NCBI RefSeq assembly: GCF_037042905.1
Contig: NC_087245.1
Coordinates: forward strand, 31,994,001 to 32,058,000
Reading direction: 5' to 3'
DNA length: 64,000 bases
From: Lytechinus pictus
Taxonomy: Eukaryota
Positions 13,101-28,100 of the stretch are shown piece after piece. Below the pieces are notes generated by a model, which saw only the letters and a list, made by a program, of their open reading frames with translations, was not told the origin of the DNA and did not search any database. Each line of letters begins with the position of its first letter. The first letter of the stretch is position 1. The position numbers were made by a program, and so were the translations under genes.

Positions 13101-16100
13101 TAGCTCCATGCCAAACCCCTCTTAAGGTTGCACCTTGAAGTAAATGTGGCAAACGAGTGATTCTGACCATGGCGGGCAAAGAGTTGATTATAAAATGTGC
13201 ATACTCGCCCACTTACAACCATTTAAAAACACATTACATATCGTGATTAAACAAAATAAATGAATTTTAGAATATGAAAGCGTACAAGAAAGTGTTAATT
13301 ATTTCAGATCACTAAACAGTAACAATGCGAAAAATTGGCTGTGTAAGGGCCGGCTCAAACGATACTTTATCATTCATGAATAGCATTCAATAAATTTTAG
13401 AATATACAGTGTAAAAGTGTAAAAGAAAGGGTAATGCATTTACAATCACTAAACAGATAATTTTCCTGTGTAAGGACTCCAACAATAGTTTATTAACACC
13501 AATAGCACTTATGTCTGTATCATTCATCCCATACCTCAAAATGAACCTTGTTACTTTTAACAGTTTTGCCTTTGATCATGTATGTGCTCGCTCATGTACG
13601 ACTTTATGGATCAATCTGATCTTCACATTGAAGTTTGTCAATGAACGTAGAAACATTCCTTCTGAATTCGTTTGCTAAAACATTGATATGTCAAAAATTT
13701 ATGGTATTCTCTAAAATGGGAGTTTTGGGGCTCTATATGTTTTCGTATAATGATTGCAGAAACATATTACCGGTAAGTTGCAAGATAGTGCAGTAGTGAT
13801 AGTTGTAGTATTTGGGTGATGCAGTGTATTTTATGTTAATGTAATGGGTGTTGGGGTGTTATTTACTAAAAACTAAATTATATCATTTTCGATATACCCG
13901 GTATGATCATATTTTGGTTTACATCATGTATCCACTTTTTATACAGAGTTTTATTTATCAAAAATTTTGATTTCAGCTGTACACCCCACCGCATCATTAC
14001 CCAATAGGAGTAAATATGCATAGAGATAGTGATATGATTAGTGAAAGATAGTCATAAGAACATTGGTAGATGATAGATAATCCTCTTACAAATTTTGTAA
14101 TCAATGTTTAAATTGCATTTTGAGCAATTAGAGTAGCAGTAGTAGTGGAGTGATTAGAACTACGTGTTATAGTTTAACAATCGTAGCATGTTGCCTCTTT
14201 CCTGTAGTGATTGGATTTATAAGGGTATAATTTGCTAATGAATTATTCTGTAAAGAAAAAGATTGAGGGGAGTATAAAGATTGCTACCTCTTTCAAAAGG
14301 AGCCCCTATTCATGCGCTTGTCCCTTGAAATTCCCTTTTTAGGTTGGTATAGCAACGAGTGGTGGAGGGTGAGGGACCCGGATCATCCACATGATTGTAC
14401 CTCGGAGCAGATGGATGAAGCGGTGAGGGGCTACTTCACCACAGATGCGTTACCTCTCAGTCTGGCGCAGCATCCGGGTGTGTCTGGGAAGGTGAGTAGA
14501 GGAGAACAGAGGATGGAGAGGGAGGGGGAGAGAGAGAGAGAGAGGAGAGATAAGACAAGAGAGAGGTATTGTATGGTAGCCAAAAAGATGGATGTAGAGA
14601 GAGAGAGAAAGGGTTGGGAGGGATTGGTACTGGAGAGATAGATGGGGAGATGTATTAGTCTGCTGGGCAAACACTCCACCCGAGTAAAGGGTCTGAATTG
14701 CAGCCTACTCATGCCTTGTGTGCTGAAGGACAGCAAGTTTAGTATGTGCTAGTCTTTTCGGGGAGACACAGTCTTGTTGATCAAAGTTTCAATCAGGGTC
14801 TGTGCCTGCAGTATCGCGAGGGTGTGTTCATTACAATATGTGGAGTGGAGGTGACGAAAAACATGCTGTAAGCAACCTGGAAGATGTACTGCATTTGATG
14901 TGATATGTGGCTTTGGGTGAAAAACAAGAGAAGTATTGGGAAGGGAGAAGGTCATTGACAAGAGAATGAGAGAACTTAGGTCTATTTAATTGTTGGTAAA
15001 ATAAATAGTAATAGTGTTACTAATTGTTTCCGCTTTGTATCCTCTGCCAAAAAGTGCTGTAAAAATCTAGCTATCGTTGTTATCATTATTCTTATTACTA
15101 GACCACGGAGCAGTTTTGGGAGGAGTACACAGATTATGTTGGAGGTAACCCTGAGACTCTTTCAGGTTACCAGGAAGCACCCTATGGCTACGATAGCGTC
15201 TGGACCATCGCTCTTATGCTTCATGAAGCAGAAGAAATACTGCAAAGAATGAGTGAGTATAAATGTTCATCATTCATATTCCACGTACTAAGAATCTAAA
15301 TTTAGATAGGATTGATCAAAAGTCAGTCACATGAAAGAGGGTAGTTTCCCCCATCAATCATCACTCGCAGTGGTAGAAGTGTTGCGTTCCACTGATCACT
15401 TCAGCCCAGAGGGTCATAATGCGTTTTGAATTAATCTGAGTATGTGCGAAATGAAGAGGTCATCGCCCGGCCCCTTGATTTGTTTTGTCCATCAATCTCC
15501 ATCATTTTGTACATACACAACAGCAGTAAAACTTTGCGCAAAACAGAAGCACATTGCCCCTCGATTTTGTTTTTTGTGATGGTAAACTTCCTTTGTGAGG
15601 TCACAATAAATCTTGCTGGAGCAAGATCTCGGATGCTTGGGCACAGATTACATATGCGCTAGCATTAAAGCAAGCGTAATAGTCTTGATGGATTCTTTTT
15701 TTTTCAAAGAAAACTTTAAAAAAAATCAAACTTCTTGTCGAGACATATGGATATTGGTTCCTTCATTTATAGTGGTTCTCAATGCTGCATATAAAGCATG
15801 TAATCAGCTCTTGATTTCTGGTGAAGAGGCAAACTATCACTTCCTCAGCAAGCTGGATGCACTCGCTATCTTTCCTTAGCTTTGCTTCGGAAAGATAGCT
15901 GCATCCAGAGTGCCTCAAAATTGATAGTTTGCCCATCACCTTTAGCAACAGTGATTATTTGATTTATATTGAAAGCCACAAAAGTATTCAAAGGTTTCCT
16001 CCCATGAATGAAAGGGGGGGGGGAAATACAACGCTATAATCGACGCTATCTTTGTAAGAGGGAGAAAAACGGACCATTGAGAAATGAGGAGCCTGGCCAA

Positions 16101-19100
16101 TATGGAAAGGCCTATGTGAAAAAAAAGTCTTGAAGTCATACCAGGGCCCCGTCTTACAAAGAGTTGCAATTGATCTGATCAACCTCAACCATGGAAAACC
16201 AGCAACGTCATCATCTAAAATGCATGTTCATTTAAATTATTCTCTAGATATGAAGTATATTTAAACATCCATCGTTTTCTTGACGATTCAGTGTGCTTCT
16301 CTTTGTTCACAAAGTATATTGTGCAAATTTTGATACTTTGACAAATTATGTCATTGATGGATTTCCATATAGTTGACGTTGATTCGATCAATCATTGTAA
16401 GACGGGGCCCTGAAATACTATACATATACTCTACTACCTTCCATGAAATTGATACAACGGGACAAAATTTGTGAAATCCCCAACAGTGCAGAAAAAAGGG
16501 TGGAGCAACCCAACTTGGTTTATAGGCACTATTTTCTAGGTCTTGTTATGATAGAATTACAATTTATGTAAGTTTATTATCATATCAGCCAATCAAATTG
16601 AATTATTTCAGTAGCTAACGAGACTTTTTAAGAAAGCCAGATTAATAATGCGACATTTTAGAATTTTTTTTTTATAGTGTCCAGTGTTCAACACATAGTG
16701 GTCATGTTCAACCAAAGCAGAGTATAACCTTGCTTACAACTAATCCTCCTTGATTCTGTTTCATTCCTCAGATCCACCCAAATCGATCGCCGATTTCAGC
16801 TACGAGGACGACGAAATAGCGGACATATTCTACCACATCATGAACAAAACCAACTTCGAAGGGGTGTCTGGTCCCGTCCAGTTCACTGCCGTGGGCGACA
16901 GAAAGGGACTTATGCAAGTTGAAAGACAGATAGGTGAGTTCAATCTTCTGCGCTAGGGAGCATTTCATGGAAAGAAACATTCATTGGTTTTCATCTAGAT
17001 ATGTTATAAGCTACTGAAATCCTTGCATCTGATTGGCTCATAATGATTCATGAAACAGGTATTGAATGTTATAATCACCAAATTGATGGTGTGGATGTGG
17101 GTCTTTCTTATTGTGAGCGGCATTAAATTCCAACCTGTCCCAATCAACGTCAATTAAGTTTTTACTACGGGTACTTTATATAGCCTTTTAATACTATTTA
17201 AAATGTAATTCTCTTAATGTGCAATGATTTTGAATGTAATGTAGTACATTCTCAATTCTTTTTATCCAACCCAAAAGTTGGTTAGAATATGATCCAACCA
17301 ACGAGAGGTTGAATAAAAATCCCAATACATTTTAAACAACTTTATACAGGTTGTTTAGAAAAAATCTGAGAGTGTACCGCACAGGTGATATTGCAAACAG
17401 CATGAATGTATATTTCAAAGATTTTCTTCTATGATTTGTTTTGAACCTTGTACAACTGTCCTTATAAACTAATTAGTGAAAAGGTACTGTCAAATTTAAT
17501 AGGCATTAGAATCGTGAAATTGTTAAAAAGTATATGATATTTAAGAAGTATGAATAATAGCTGATGGTAATATAAAAGTACAACATTGAAATTATTACTG
17601 ATCTTTTATATTTTATTCTTGGCTGAAATTTGAATAGCATATTCATATTGTGTATGTATGATTTAACATTATTGAAAGAAGATTAAAACAAAACCAGATG
17701 TGAAATTACACATCATCATTGTTTGGAATGATTAACATTAGAAAAACACTAATGTCAGTACCATGCTTGTGATCATTCAATGTTGGGTAAAATAAAGATA
17801 AACTTTATCTCTATTGTCTTTCCATTAATATTATTTCAAGTGAATGTGGTTTGGTATGTGCATATATACTTGAAAAAGGGTTAAGTAAGGATTGCCTTGT
17901 ATTGGGTTATAAGGGGACTTCTATGGTATGTTTATGGGTAATTTTTACACAATACTGTGTAAAACTGACACAGCATTTTGCGTATCTTTACCAAGCAAAC
18001 ATGCATGTTCTCTTTTACCCATTATTTGGTAAATTTTATATTAAATATGTGTCTTTCAAAAAAACATAACAGTAAATGCCAACTCTTTAAAACATTCATG
18101 CCTGGCCATCTCTGTGGAGTGAGAGTTTTGTTTGGTTACCATGGTAATGAAAGATTCTGCACTATTTTGAACAGGAAACACGGAAGTACGTGTTGGCATT
18201 TACGACCCATCAAGAAGCCCTGGCGACGAATTAACATGGAGTCAGGAAAACCCAATCACATGGAAAGGTGAGATGTTGCCATGGTAATCAATGGACTGCA
18301 CTGAAATTTTTCTTTTTCATGATGTATTCCAAATTTGACATTTTTTTATTGATCCTAAATTTCTTGGGAGGGTTTTTTCCAATATTGGAGAAAATGAAAG
18401 AAAAAAGTTGACATCGTCAAATTCACTTTAATCAGAACGTGTTGTATCATTGGGTTTTTTTTCATCTTATTCATACATCGTAACCTTTGCAATTCAGTGT
18501 ATGGACTGGGAAAATGTTCTTTTTCCCCCAATAAAATCCTTCAATCAATCAGTTACATTGGAGATTGACTTATAAAAATCTCTCCAAAAAAACTCCAAAG
18601 CATTAGTGTACTTGACATTTAAATGCTGATAATTATCTTATTTGTCCAATTTTAACTACAATTTTCATTTATCTTATTCTTTGATTTTTCTGCATTCACT
18701 CAAAAAGACTTGCGCCAAGGGTTTCATTCTCCTTAAAGCATACGCTTGTTGGGCAAATTGCGAAATGTTTCGAGTGAAAACCACTTTTATACAAAGTCAT
18801 TAGAATGTGTGAAAATCAATATTGATCGACGATGATGTATTGGTGAACATCGGGAGATGAGGGATTGTGAATGTATCATTTTACAGTCAATGACTACTTA
18901 ATTCGATTGATGATACTTCCTACCTGCCCGTTCTTTGTCTCTGTCTCTCTCTTTTCATCTTATCCATTTTTCTTCTACATTTCTTTTTTTCTTCTCTTTT
19001 TTTTTATATCTTCTTCATCACCATTTTCATCTTTTCTCCTCCTCCTCCTCCTCTTCCTTCATCATCATCTACTCCTTTTATACCAATTTACTACTCAAAT

Positions 19101-22100
19101 AATAATTCTATGCTAATATACTACTATTATTTTCATTCTTTTTCCTTCTACTTCTTCACCTTTTTTTTCTTTCCCTCTCCCTTCATCCTTAAAACTGCCC
19201 TCCTTGTTATAATTGTCTAAACACTGTTTTAAGCCATTCCTTAGTTTTGCTGAACATGTGCATAAATAAGTGAATAAATAGATTTATGTAATGTGTATAT
19301 ATTTTCAAAACACAAAATGGTAATAAAATTACAAAATATTTTTTTAATATTTTTTTTACACAAGCTTTGATGGTCATAATATTTTTATATGTTTGTAGGA
19401 CAGCTTTCTTAAATAAATGAACACTAAACATTGCAAGTTTTGTCCTATGATTTTAATTGTAAATATTCGAAATGAGCACCAGGGCTCAAACACATTTTCC
19501 TATTAGGGCTTGTTAGGACCAAAAGCTCTCCAAAAATAAAAGGAGACGCAACAACGAGATCTACATCTGACTAATTTTGTGTTTTGTGTTGCCTGCAAAG
19601 CGTACAAGACTACGGTATAGGCGCATGGTACCCCTGTAGCACAGCCCATTGAGAATGATGTATACTATCCATATATCATAACAAGATATCTTGGGCATTG
19701 GGCTCAATGGGTTAATGGCTAATATATAACTTTATTCATTGTCCAAGAATCATGTATTCATCTTTGTCTCTAAGGTATGCATGAGAGCTAACTAAGCTGA
19801 TTGTCTGACCTAGAAGCATTGTAGAGTCCTGAAGGTGATGCATTCTGCATTTGTATTGAGTACTTGTACCAGACAGACCCTTATGAATGGATGAATGCTA
19901 ACCATCAGAATTCAAAGAACCAGATGGTAGCTTGGTAACATTTCAGCTATTCTGGGCTTAACGTTTGAATACACCTTTGTGAACTGGTCAATGTGAATTC
20001 CAAGTTACATGTATATTCAAATAATGTCATTCCTGATTTGCATTCCTGGATAGATGATAAAAGATTCTCACCTCCTCTCTCCTTATTGGATGAAATCACT
20101 AAAGTCTATTGTCAAACCTCATGTTTATATGCATGAGATTTAGGAAGTAAGACCATGACGTGGTAGTTTCTTGACTAACCGTCCAAAAGTGTGCCTATCA
20201 TTTGCTGGAGTATATAAGAGAGACCTTGCTTGTGAATCAGATGGAGGCAGTGAGCAAGCAAGGCCAGTATGAAGAGACACACAACAATATGTGATAAGTC
20301 ATCTGATGATGATGATGATGATGTCATTTGCATTATGATGTTAAGACATCAACATAACAATAACCATGCACAACACAAGACTCTTACAACATATCACAAC
20401 CCCAGCTAACCTTTATGCTGGCCTTGTTTATTGTCTATTTATGTCAGCCCTTTTTTCGGCTGGCATGAATTGGTGATAGTGTGCTAGTGGGCTGCGTTTT
20501 CGATTCAAAAGCATTTTATGCAAATTAGATTGGAATCAAAGATTCAAGCATAAAACATTCAGTGTACAGCTTGAGATAGGGCATTCCAGTGTACAGCTTG
20601 AGATAGGGAGAGCATACAGTAAGTAGTCTATACAGCATGGGATAGGTAGGCTATATTTGCTTTTTATTCTTACATTTTGTTTTGTTTAGGGTGTCATTTA
20701 GGGTTTTATTAGTTCCATTCTAGTTGAAATATCAGGAATTGTGCTTTTTGTCTTGGTTGCATATCAGATTGAGACTTATGGTTGTCAACTTTGAAAACTT
20801 AACCAAGGTTGGTTAAGTTTTTGTCATGGACCCATTTAATTAAACTTGGACAAAAGGGTAATCAAGTATTACTGATTACTATGGGTTGTAGGTTACATGA
20901 TGAAGGTCAGGAATCATTAAGAATATTTTTATGGTGTTTTACCCCTCTTTACTGAAAGATATTTGTATATATATCTTGGTTGCTTTCAAAGTCAGCACTG
21001 TTGCTATATTGGATTGCATAATGCAGGCAAGAATGCCAGAGGCATTTTACTTGCTATCATTTTGTGTCTTCCAAATGTAAAGCCCTTGTACCCTATTCCG
21101 TTTTGCTGAGGGCTTTTTATGTGACAAAATCTGGTTACGTATCAATCTTTTTAGTGAAAAATCAATAATTTGTGTCTCGCACGTGTAGCAGAGAAATAAG
21201 CACTGCTTTTTCCCTACGGTGTCCGTTCTGCGAGCCTTTTTATTCACACCACCTATATATAGCTGGTACAAAAATGTTAAAACTGCTGTTTTCGGCCGCC
21301 GTAGGGGAAATGTCAGTGGGCGATTCCATAGGCGTCGTACGGGACATTTTGACAACAATTTTTTTTATTCCTAGCGGATTGCTTGAGGGATAAAATATTC
21401 TTTTTTTGTCAATGATAAAGTGGGTAGTCATGTGAAAAACTAATAACCAACACAAAAAATTGATTATGGGTAAATTATAGGTGAAAATGTTGTGTGTCGT
21501 ACGGGACGCAGAAATGCATGTCCCGTACGACACGCAACATTTTAAGCTCTAATTCACCTATGGACAACATATTTTTGTTGGTTGTCTACCACAAAGCAAA
21601 TTGAAGTTCTTTGTTCGTTTGGACAGCAGGTTGAAAAATTTTGTGAAAATGGCTATTTTTTCTAGCATGGAATTGCCCGACTGAGGTATAAAAGTATATT
21701 TGACGTGATCGAGTTTCTTTTAGGGTCAATGTAGTGCTGACGTGATCGAGTTTCTTTTAGGGTCAATGTAGTGCTATCAACATAAAGAACATAAACCAAG
21801 GTTCGAGACTACCTGATAGACATATCCAAATTGTTCATTACCTACCTCGGTTATATGTGTTTAATTCCCTCTATTTTTTGCTCTACGAACAGGTGGACGA
21901 CCACCGCTGGATTCGATCATCGAGAGAGAAACCCGCGTGAATATATCTGTAGCGATCTTCATTGTGATGACGGCCTTAGCCGTGTCGGGTATCGTTATGG
22001 CAGTCGCTTTCCTTGCCTTCAATATCAAGTACAGGGCCAAGAGGTGAGTTTTTTTTTCTGTAGAACTCTTGGTGTTAATGTTTGCCCTGACCGTTGCAAA

Positions 22101-25100
22101 CAACATAAAATATATTGGTAAAGATCCATCAAGGATTAAGAAAGTTATTAGAATTCAAAGTTTTTAAAATTATTTGTGACATCATATACGAGCAGCTGCC
22201 TCTTTGGTAATGCCCAAATTTTTAATGGTTCGTGATGACGAATTTATTTCTTTCAGGTATGAAATGATTTGTCTATTGTATTGAAGTTTCAATTTTCTAA
22301 GAAAATTACATTTCATTGATTTTTTTTGCATATGATGTCACAAAAAATTAAAATTCTGATACTTCTTAAATATTTACCTCAAACCTTCACAAATGTTTCT
22401 ACTTTTGCAATAAACTTTTTGTTAGGGTCATAAAATGGTGTATGTTTAGCCCAGCACACACTATGCGACGCGATCGATTGCACTAAGAGCATATTGGATC
22501 ACATTCCAGGTCAGCACACATGTTGCAACAGGCCTTCAATGCGTTGCATCTCCATGGTGCCTCCTCCATGCACTGATACAGGGCCAATTTGATGCATTTT
22601 TTTTTTTTTGCCGTCATGTTGCAATTTTGTCCCAGAAATTGGGGATACAACATCCTCATTTCAGATGTTTACACTTCATGTCAAATGAAATTTAGATCGA
22701 ACCATCACCAATTATCGCAAAAATATGGCAGGAAGACTTGATGTGTCAAATGTCTGCGATTTTGTTGTAATTGGATTTTAGTGTAATCACATGGCATAGT
22801 GTGTGTGCTGAGATCCGATTGCATAAGAGAAGAAAATCAAAGGGTGATATACAATGTGTATAAAAAAAATTTAGAGCTTTTTACTTTATAATGGGTCTGT
22901 TAAACAAATGACGATCCTCTTAATATAAGTAGGATGTTCCACATTTAAAGTGATATCCTTGTCATTTTCATCATACTTTGCTCATAGATACTTAAGCTGA
23001 ATATTCTAAATATGCAAAAATTAACATGGGTGCCTGTGCTTGATTTTTTGCTATAGAGCTTCAAAGTTTACCCAAATCGAGGTTATTAAGAATAGCTCAT
23101 TCAAAACAATTTTGCAGTTTTAGATCACTACAATGAGTTTAAACCTCTATTACAGTCTAAATCCATGAAAATTTCATCAAATTTCGGATTCTACATTGTT
23201 TGCTCTTTAAGTCTAACAGCACTGTTAATTCTTAAAAAATTTATGAAAATAACAAAAACCCAATCTAAATTGCTTTCAAATTATCAGCACTTTTATCAAC
23301 AACACATCATCCAAATTTGGGGTCATATTTATCCTACTTTTGCAGCAGAGCAAAGTATTTTGAAATTGTAGAGGTATCCTAATATATTACTTGACCCATG
23401 AAACCAGTGGTTTAAACATCAAAATCACATTTCCTTGGCCGATTTGAAGTATTAGCAGCCATTTCAGAATGGATTTTTGGACCCACCCAACTTTTTCCAA
23501 TGTTATGCAATTCCAATGCAGATACATCAGGACTAGTCTAAAGGATATTCAGTGTCCAGTAAAATGATACATTTTGTGAGTAGGCAATATTTAAAAAAAT
23601 CCAACATTGCAAAATAATTGGGACAAGTTTCCAGTTTGTCACAAATGCCCCCGGGGGGGGGGGGAGGTATGTGCCGCGGGGGAGACAAAAACTGGGGGCC
23701 TTGGAGCGGACTTATTGCAAAAAGGAGGGTCCTCGGAAATACAAATGTTTGTGAAAACTGGGGTCCTTGGAACGGGTCACCTGCGTGTGCATCCCGATGA
23801 AATGGAATGCAGCTAGCCCAGCGGCACTCGCAAAGAGGTGATGGTCGGACAGCACTCTCTGCTGCCGCTTTTCAGCTCATTGTGGCGGACCAATGCAACG
23901 AAAAATATGCGAAGCTTTGGAGTGGATTTCTTCCTTTTTTTTCTCAATAAGATGAAAATGCTATGTTGGCTATGATTTCTGTTCTTAGTATATATCCTGC
24001 ACTTTGCAACCAATTTATATTTAACTACTGTGTCTTTCCAATGGTTTGTTTGAAAAAGGCTTCCAAAGTTGCATTAAAATTGGCCACCATATCAAATTGG
24101 GTTATATACTTCATATATTATCCCTTCTTCTACAAAAAAAATGACCACTTTTACGCAATTTATTAGTCTTCAGTAGCCCTTTGAAATTGGCAAATGTATA
24201 ACGTATAGACTGTGTAATATGATTTCTGATATCATTTGCAACTCTACCCGAGTCCCATCATATATTGAGAGGGGGTATTAAGTGACATTTCTTCTCACAT
24301 TGTTATGATCCCCTAAAAATATAATGTCAACCACAGTCGGGTAAGATTGCATGATTAATCGCTATGCTTTCAGTTACTAGGGTCTTTTTCGGCCTCTCAT
24401 TATCCTCTACACGTATTAAAATGATCTCAATTCATTTCTATCAAATAAGGTACATCAAGATGTCGAGTCCTAAGATGAATAATCTAATTCTTGGCGGAGG
24501 GATACTTGCCTACCTCTCCATAATTTTCCCTGGAGTCGACTCGATCGATATTGATGATGTCACATTCCTTTGGATGTGTAGGGTAAGTCCTTTTATCCTG
24601 AACTCATGTGTTAAAACCCCCCCGGAGGGGGGGGGGGGACTACTTACATTGACAAGTGGATATTGTACAACGCCTACTTAGCTTGTTGTACGCGAGCAAA
24701 TGGGAGGCTGAATGCATAAAAGACGTACCGTTGCACGGCTTTAGGAGGTGACGTCACAATACGATTTAATTCATTGCGCTCAATAAAAATGAACAATACG
24801 CGTATGAGCCAGCTGGCTAAATGCGCGCTTGTGGGATTTTGCTTTCTGCTCCCTTTTCATATTTTCGCTAAATTCCGAGGCGTTGTACAACACATTCTTA
24901 TTCATGCAATGGTGCGAAATTTCGCATTTGGTGAAAGAAAGAAACCTCATGCGAAATCTCGCACCATCGCACTCATGCCTATTCGCTATTTGTATACCAT
25001 GCGCGACCAAAAAAACGTGTTAAGGGTCAAATAGACAAAAAGATGTAGCCCCAACAGTCAGCACTATTTATTATTTGCGCGAGGTGTGGGGGCTCAATGG

Positions 25101-28100
25101 TATCCACTCGTCAATGGAAGTGACGTCATGCTTTGTACAAGAGTACTAATCTTCGCACCACCCAACCTCATGGCCTGAACATCCAAGAGGGGAACGACTG
25201 ATTATTCTTTCCTTATTTCATAATACATTGTTTAACTGCAAGGAAAAGTATGACAAGGGTATGGCAAATAATAAATGACCTACTACATAAATAAAAACAA
25301 TAATGAATATATTGCAGAAGAATTTTCATCTGGTATTGATTATTCATTTTATTGCAATGCCTTTGTCACTCTGTTCAGGCGATGTTCCGGAGAATAGTAA
25401 GATAATTCCTTTAGTAATTGTCAATATGGCTTACAGGATCAACTAGTGACATCCGAGGTATTCCATTACAATGGAAATTTTACAAATATTACTTTTTGCA
25501 TCAGATCATAATCTTTTTATACTGTTCATAATCAATTGAATATTTCAATGACCAGAAATGTTAAATTTCTTGGAGTCACCCTTGATAATAAGATTAATTT
25601 CAGTGATCATAGAAAGTATAAGCATTTTATTTAAACTACAATATTTCAACTTGAACCCTTGCACAAACTTCAGAAAAAGGCTTTACGATTTTGTACTTAA
25701 AAATATTCATACTGTTCAAACTAAAAAAAAACAATATTACCTAGCAAAATGTAAATCAAGCTTGCTATCCACTTATAGTCACTAAATATATATTTTTTTT
25801 TTTCTCTCTCTAATAATTGAATACCTTTGAGCAGGAAACTTATTCAAAGTGTAAAATAAACTGGTGTATATCCAAATGCAAAAACTTAATAAAATTTTGT
25901 TTTTATACAGAAAATATTCAGACTGTGTACTTTGTTGTAAAAATAAGGGATTAACTTTCATCCTAGACTATATAATATAAAAAATTTATGTCACACTTGA
26001 CAAATGTAATAATAATATATATGTTCTTTATGACCTTATCTCAACATGAAATGACAATATTTTTATATGGTCTTAGATAATGGGGTTTAGAGATTCTTGT
26101 CAAAGAAAATATAATATATCCATGCATTGACCACCATGACAAGACCTAAGGTTTAGAATTTGATTAGCTACAGTGTAAATGCCATGATATGGGGTTAATT
26201 ACAGGTACCTCTCTCCGCACCCTGAATTAACATATTTGACAAAACCAATTTCTGAGGCATCTAACTCTAAACCTGAGTGCTCATCTGTCATGGTGGCCAA
26301 ATTTGTGCAGTATGTACATTGTATAGCCCCAATGGATAATTGACATTTTTTATTTAATAAGATATATGTCCCAAAGTAGAGGAATAAAAGCAACATAGCT
26401 ATATGAAGCTGCTTGCTATTGTTGACCTCGTACCATCTAATTTTGGCTGAAAAAAATTGGAAAATTTAGGTAGAATTACCTTTTAACTCTACATATTTTT
26501 GACCCATGTATATCCCACTCCTACTGATATGCAAATTTCTATTGTTTGAATTATACAATATTTCAATTTTGACAAAAAGGCCCCCCTTGGTTATACTACA
26601 AAATGTTAGTTTCTCATTAAAATAAAGAGAAAATTGAGATATTTCATATAATAAAATACAAAAGAAATAGTGAGTGGGTGGTGTCATAACTTCATTTTAC
26701 ATCCGATTTTGATGAAATTTTTCTCTTTTCATTCAAATCAATTTTTTTGGGGGGTGGACTTTTGCCCTCATACTCATATGTCTTTTCTGCGTGTTATTCA
26801 CACAACAAAGACCACAGAAATTAGCAATTTTCAACCCCATGAGAAATAATTTGGCAAAATAAACATCAAGATCCAGAAACTAGACACTTCAGGCAATACA
26901 AAATAGTTGGATTAAAATATATTATGATTGAGCACGGAAACCCCCATTTCCGACTGAACTATTTCTTTAACGCTGTGATTTATATATGTAGCCCAAGTAC
27001 TAATAGTAGTAAAAACAAATTGCCTACCCCATAAACGTATGAATAGATCACCAAATAAAGAAATTATGGCCATTTTGGATTTTCGCCCAGCACACTTTTT
27101 TTCTTGTAGTTGAAACGAAATATAATGTCATTTCATGATGAGACAAAAAAAAAAACTGTTGCGACAGTAAAACCAAAAATCACCCATTTATAGCCGACTC
27201 CTACTAGTACTTGTTTACAATTTTTGACCTGAGAAATTTTGCATGAAGCCAGAATAATATTATATTTCATTAAATTTATCTTCAACAGTCTAATACATGG
27301 ACTTTAGCTATTGGGTTCTCGATGGCTTTTGGAGCAATGTTCACAAAAACGTGGCGGGTTCATCGCATCTTCACAACCAAAACTGCAATGAGAACTGTGA
27401 GTAGAAACTTTATATGTATTCATGAAAAATAACTGATATTAAAAACACACATTATTACTTAAATGTTAATTGGTCATTAATTAACAATAGTCAAATCAAC
27501 CAACCCCAAAATAAATTAAACGCATTTGTTTCAGAAATACTTTATGAATGATAATTTTCTATTTATTTTTAAGATGATCAAAGATTACCAGTTATACGGC
27601 GTGGTCATGGTCCTCATCATACTCGATATCATAGTCTTCAGTTTGCGAGAGATCTTTGATCCGATTTTCTTAAACGTTCAGACGAGTAGACAGGTAAGCC
27701 CTTGCCGTCTCTTCATTGATCTCATTTCCTTCTGCTGCTATTCAAGGATTTAATTTATTGTTGCTCCCTCTTCATGAACTCCTCGACCTGGAAAATGAAA
27801 AAAACTTTGATTAAAAATTGATGTCGATCCAGGGGATGAGACTTTCATCTCATTGTTTAGCTAGGACTACCTCGTCTAAAGAGAAATGTTCATGACTTGC
27901 ATCTTTGGAGTATTTATATTAAAGCTGAGACAAAAAGGGCACCGGAAATGCATGTCTGATAAGTGTTGATAAATACTATTTAAAATTGCACCCTAATTTT
28001 TGCTTTGTATGAATTCTAATCCTTTGCATTTATTGTAGAATCAAGATGAGGATGTTGTATTAGTACTGCTTCGACGGACGTGCACATCACACTTTGTAGT

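Noticed and set aside
14431..14736. Minus-strand ORFs and the RERERE extension of ORF 14312-14641
   Set aside because: Products of a GA simple repeat downstream of the true donor at 14492.
18871..19116. Hydrophobic membrane-protein-like ORF
   Set aside because: Translation of a CT-rich low-complexity tract.
27810..27910. H/ACA snoRNA on the minus strand (AGACGA ... ACA around a small hairpin)
   Set aside because: The first hairpin is unconvincing, the pocket spacing is off and I recognised no rRNA target. It needs snoGPS or Infernal.
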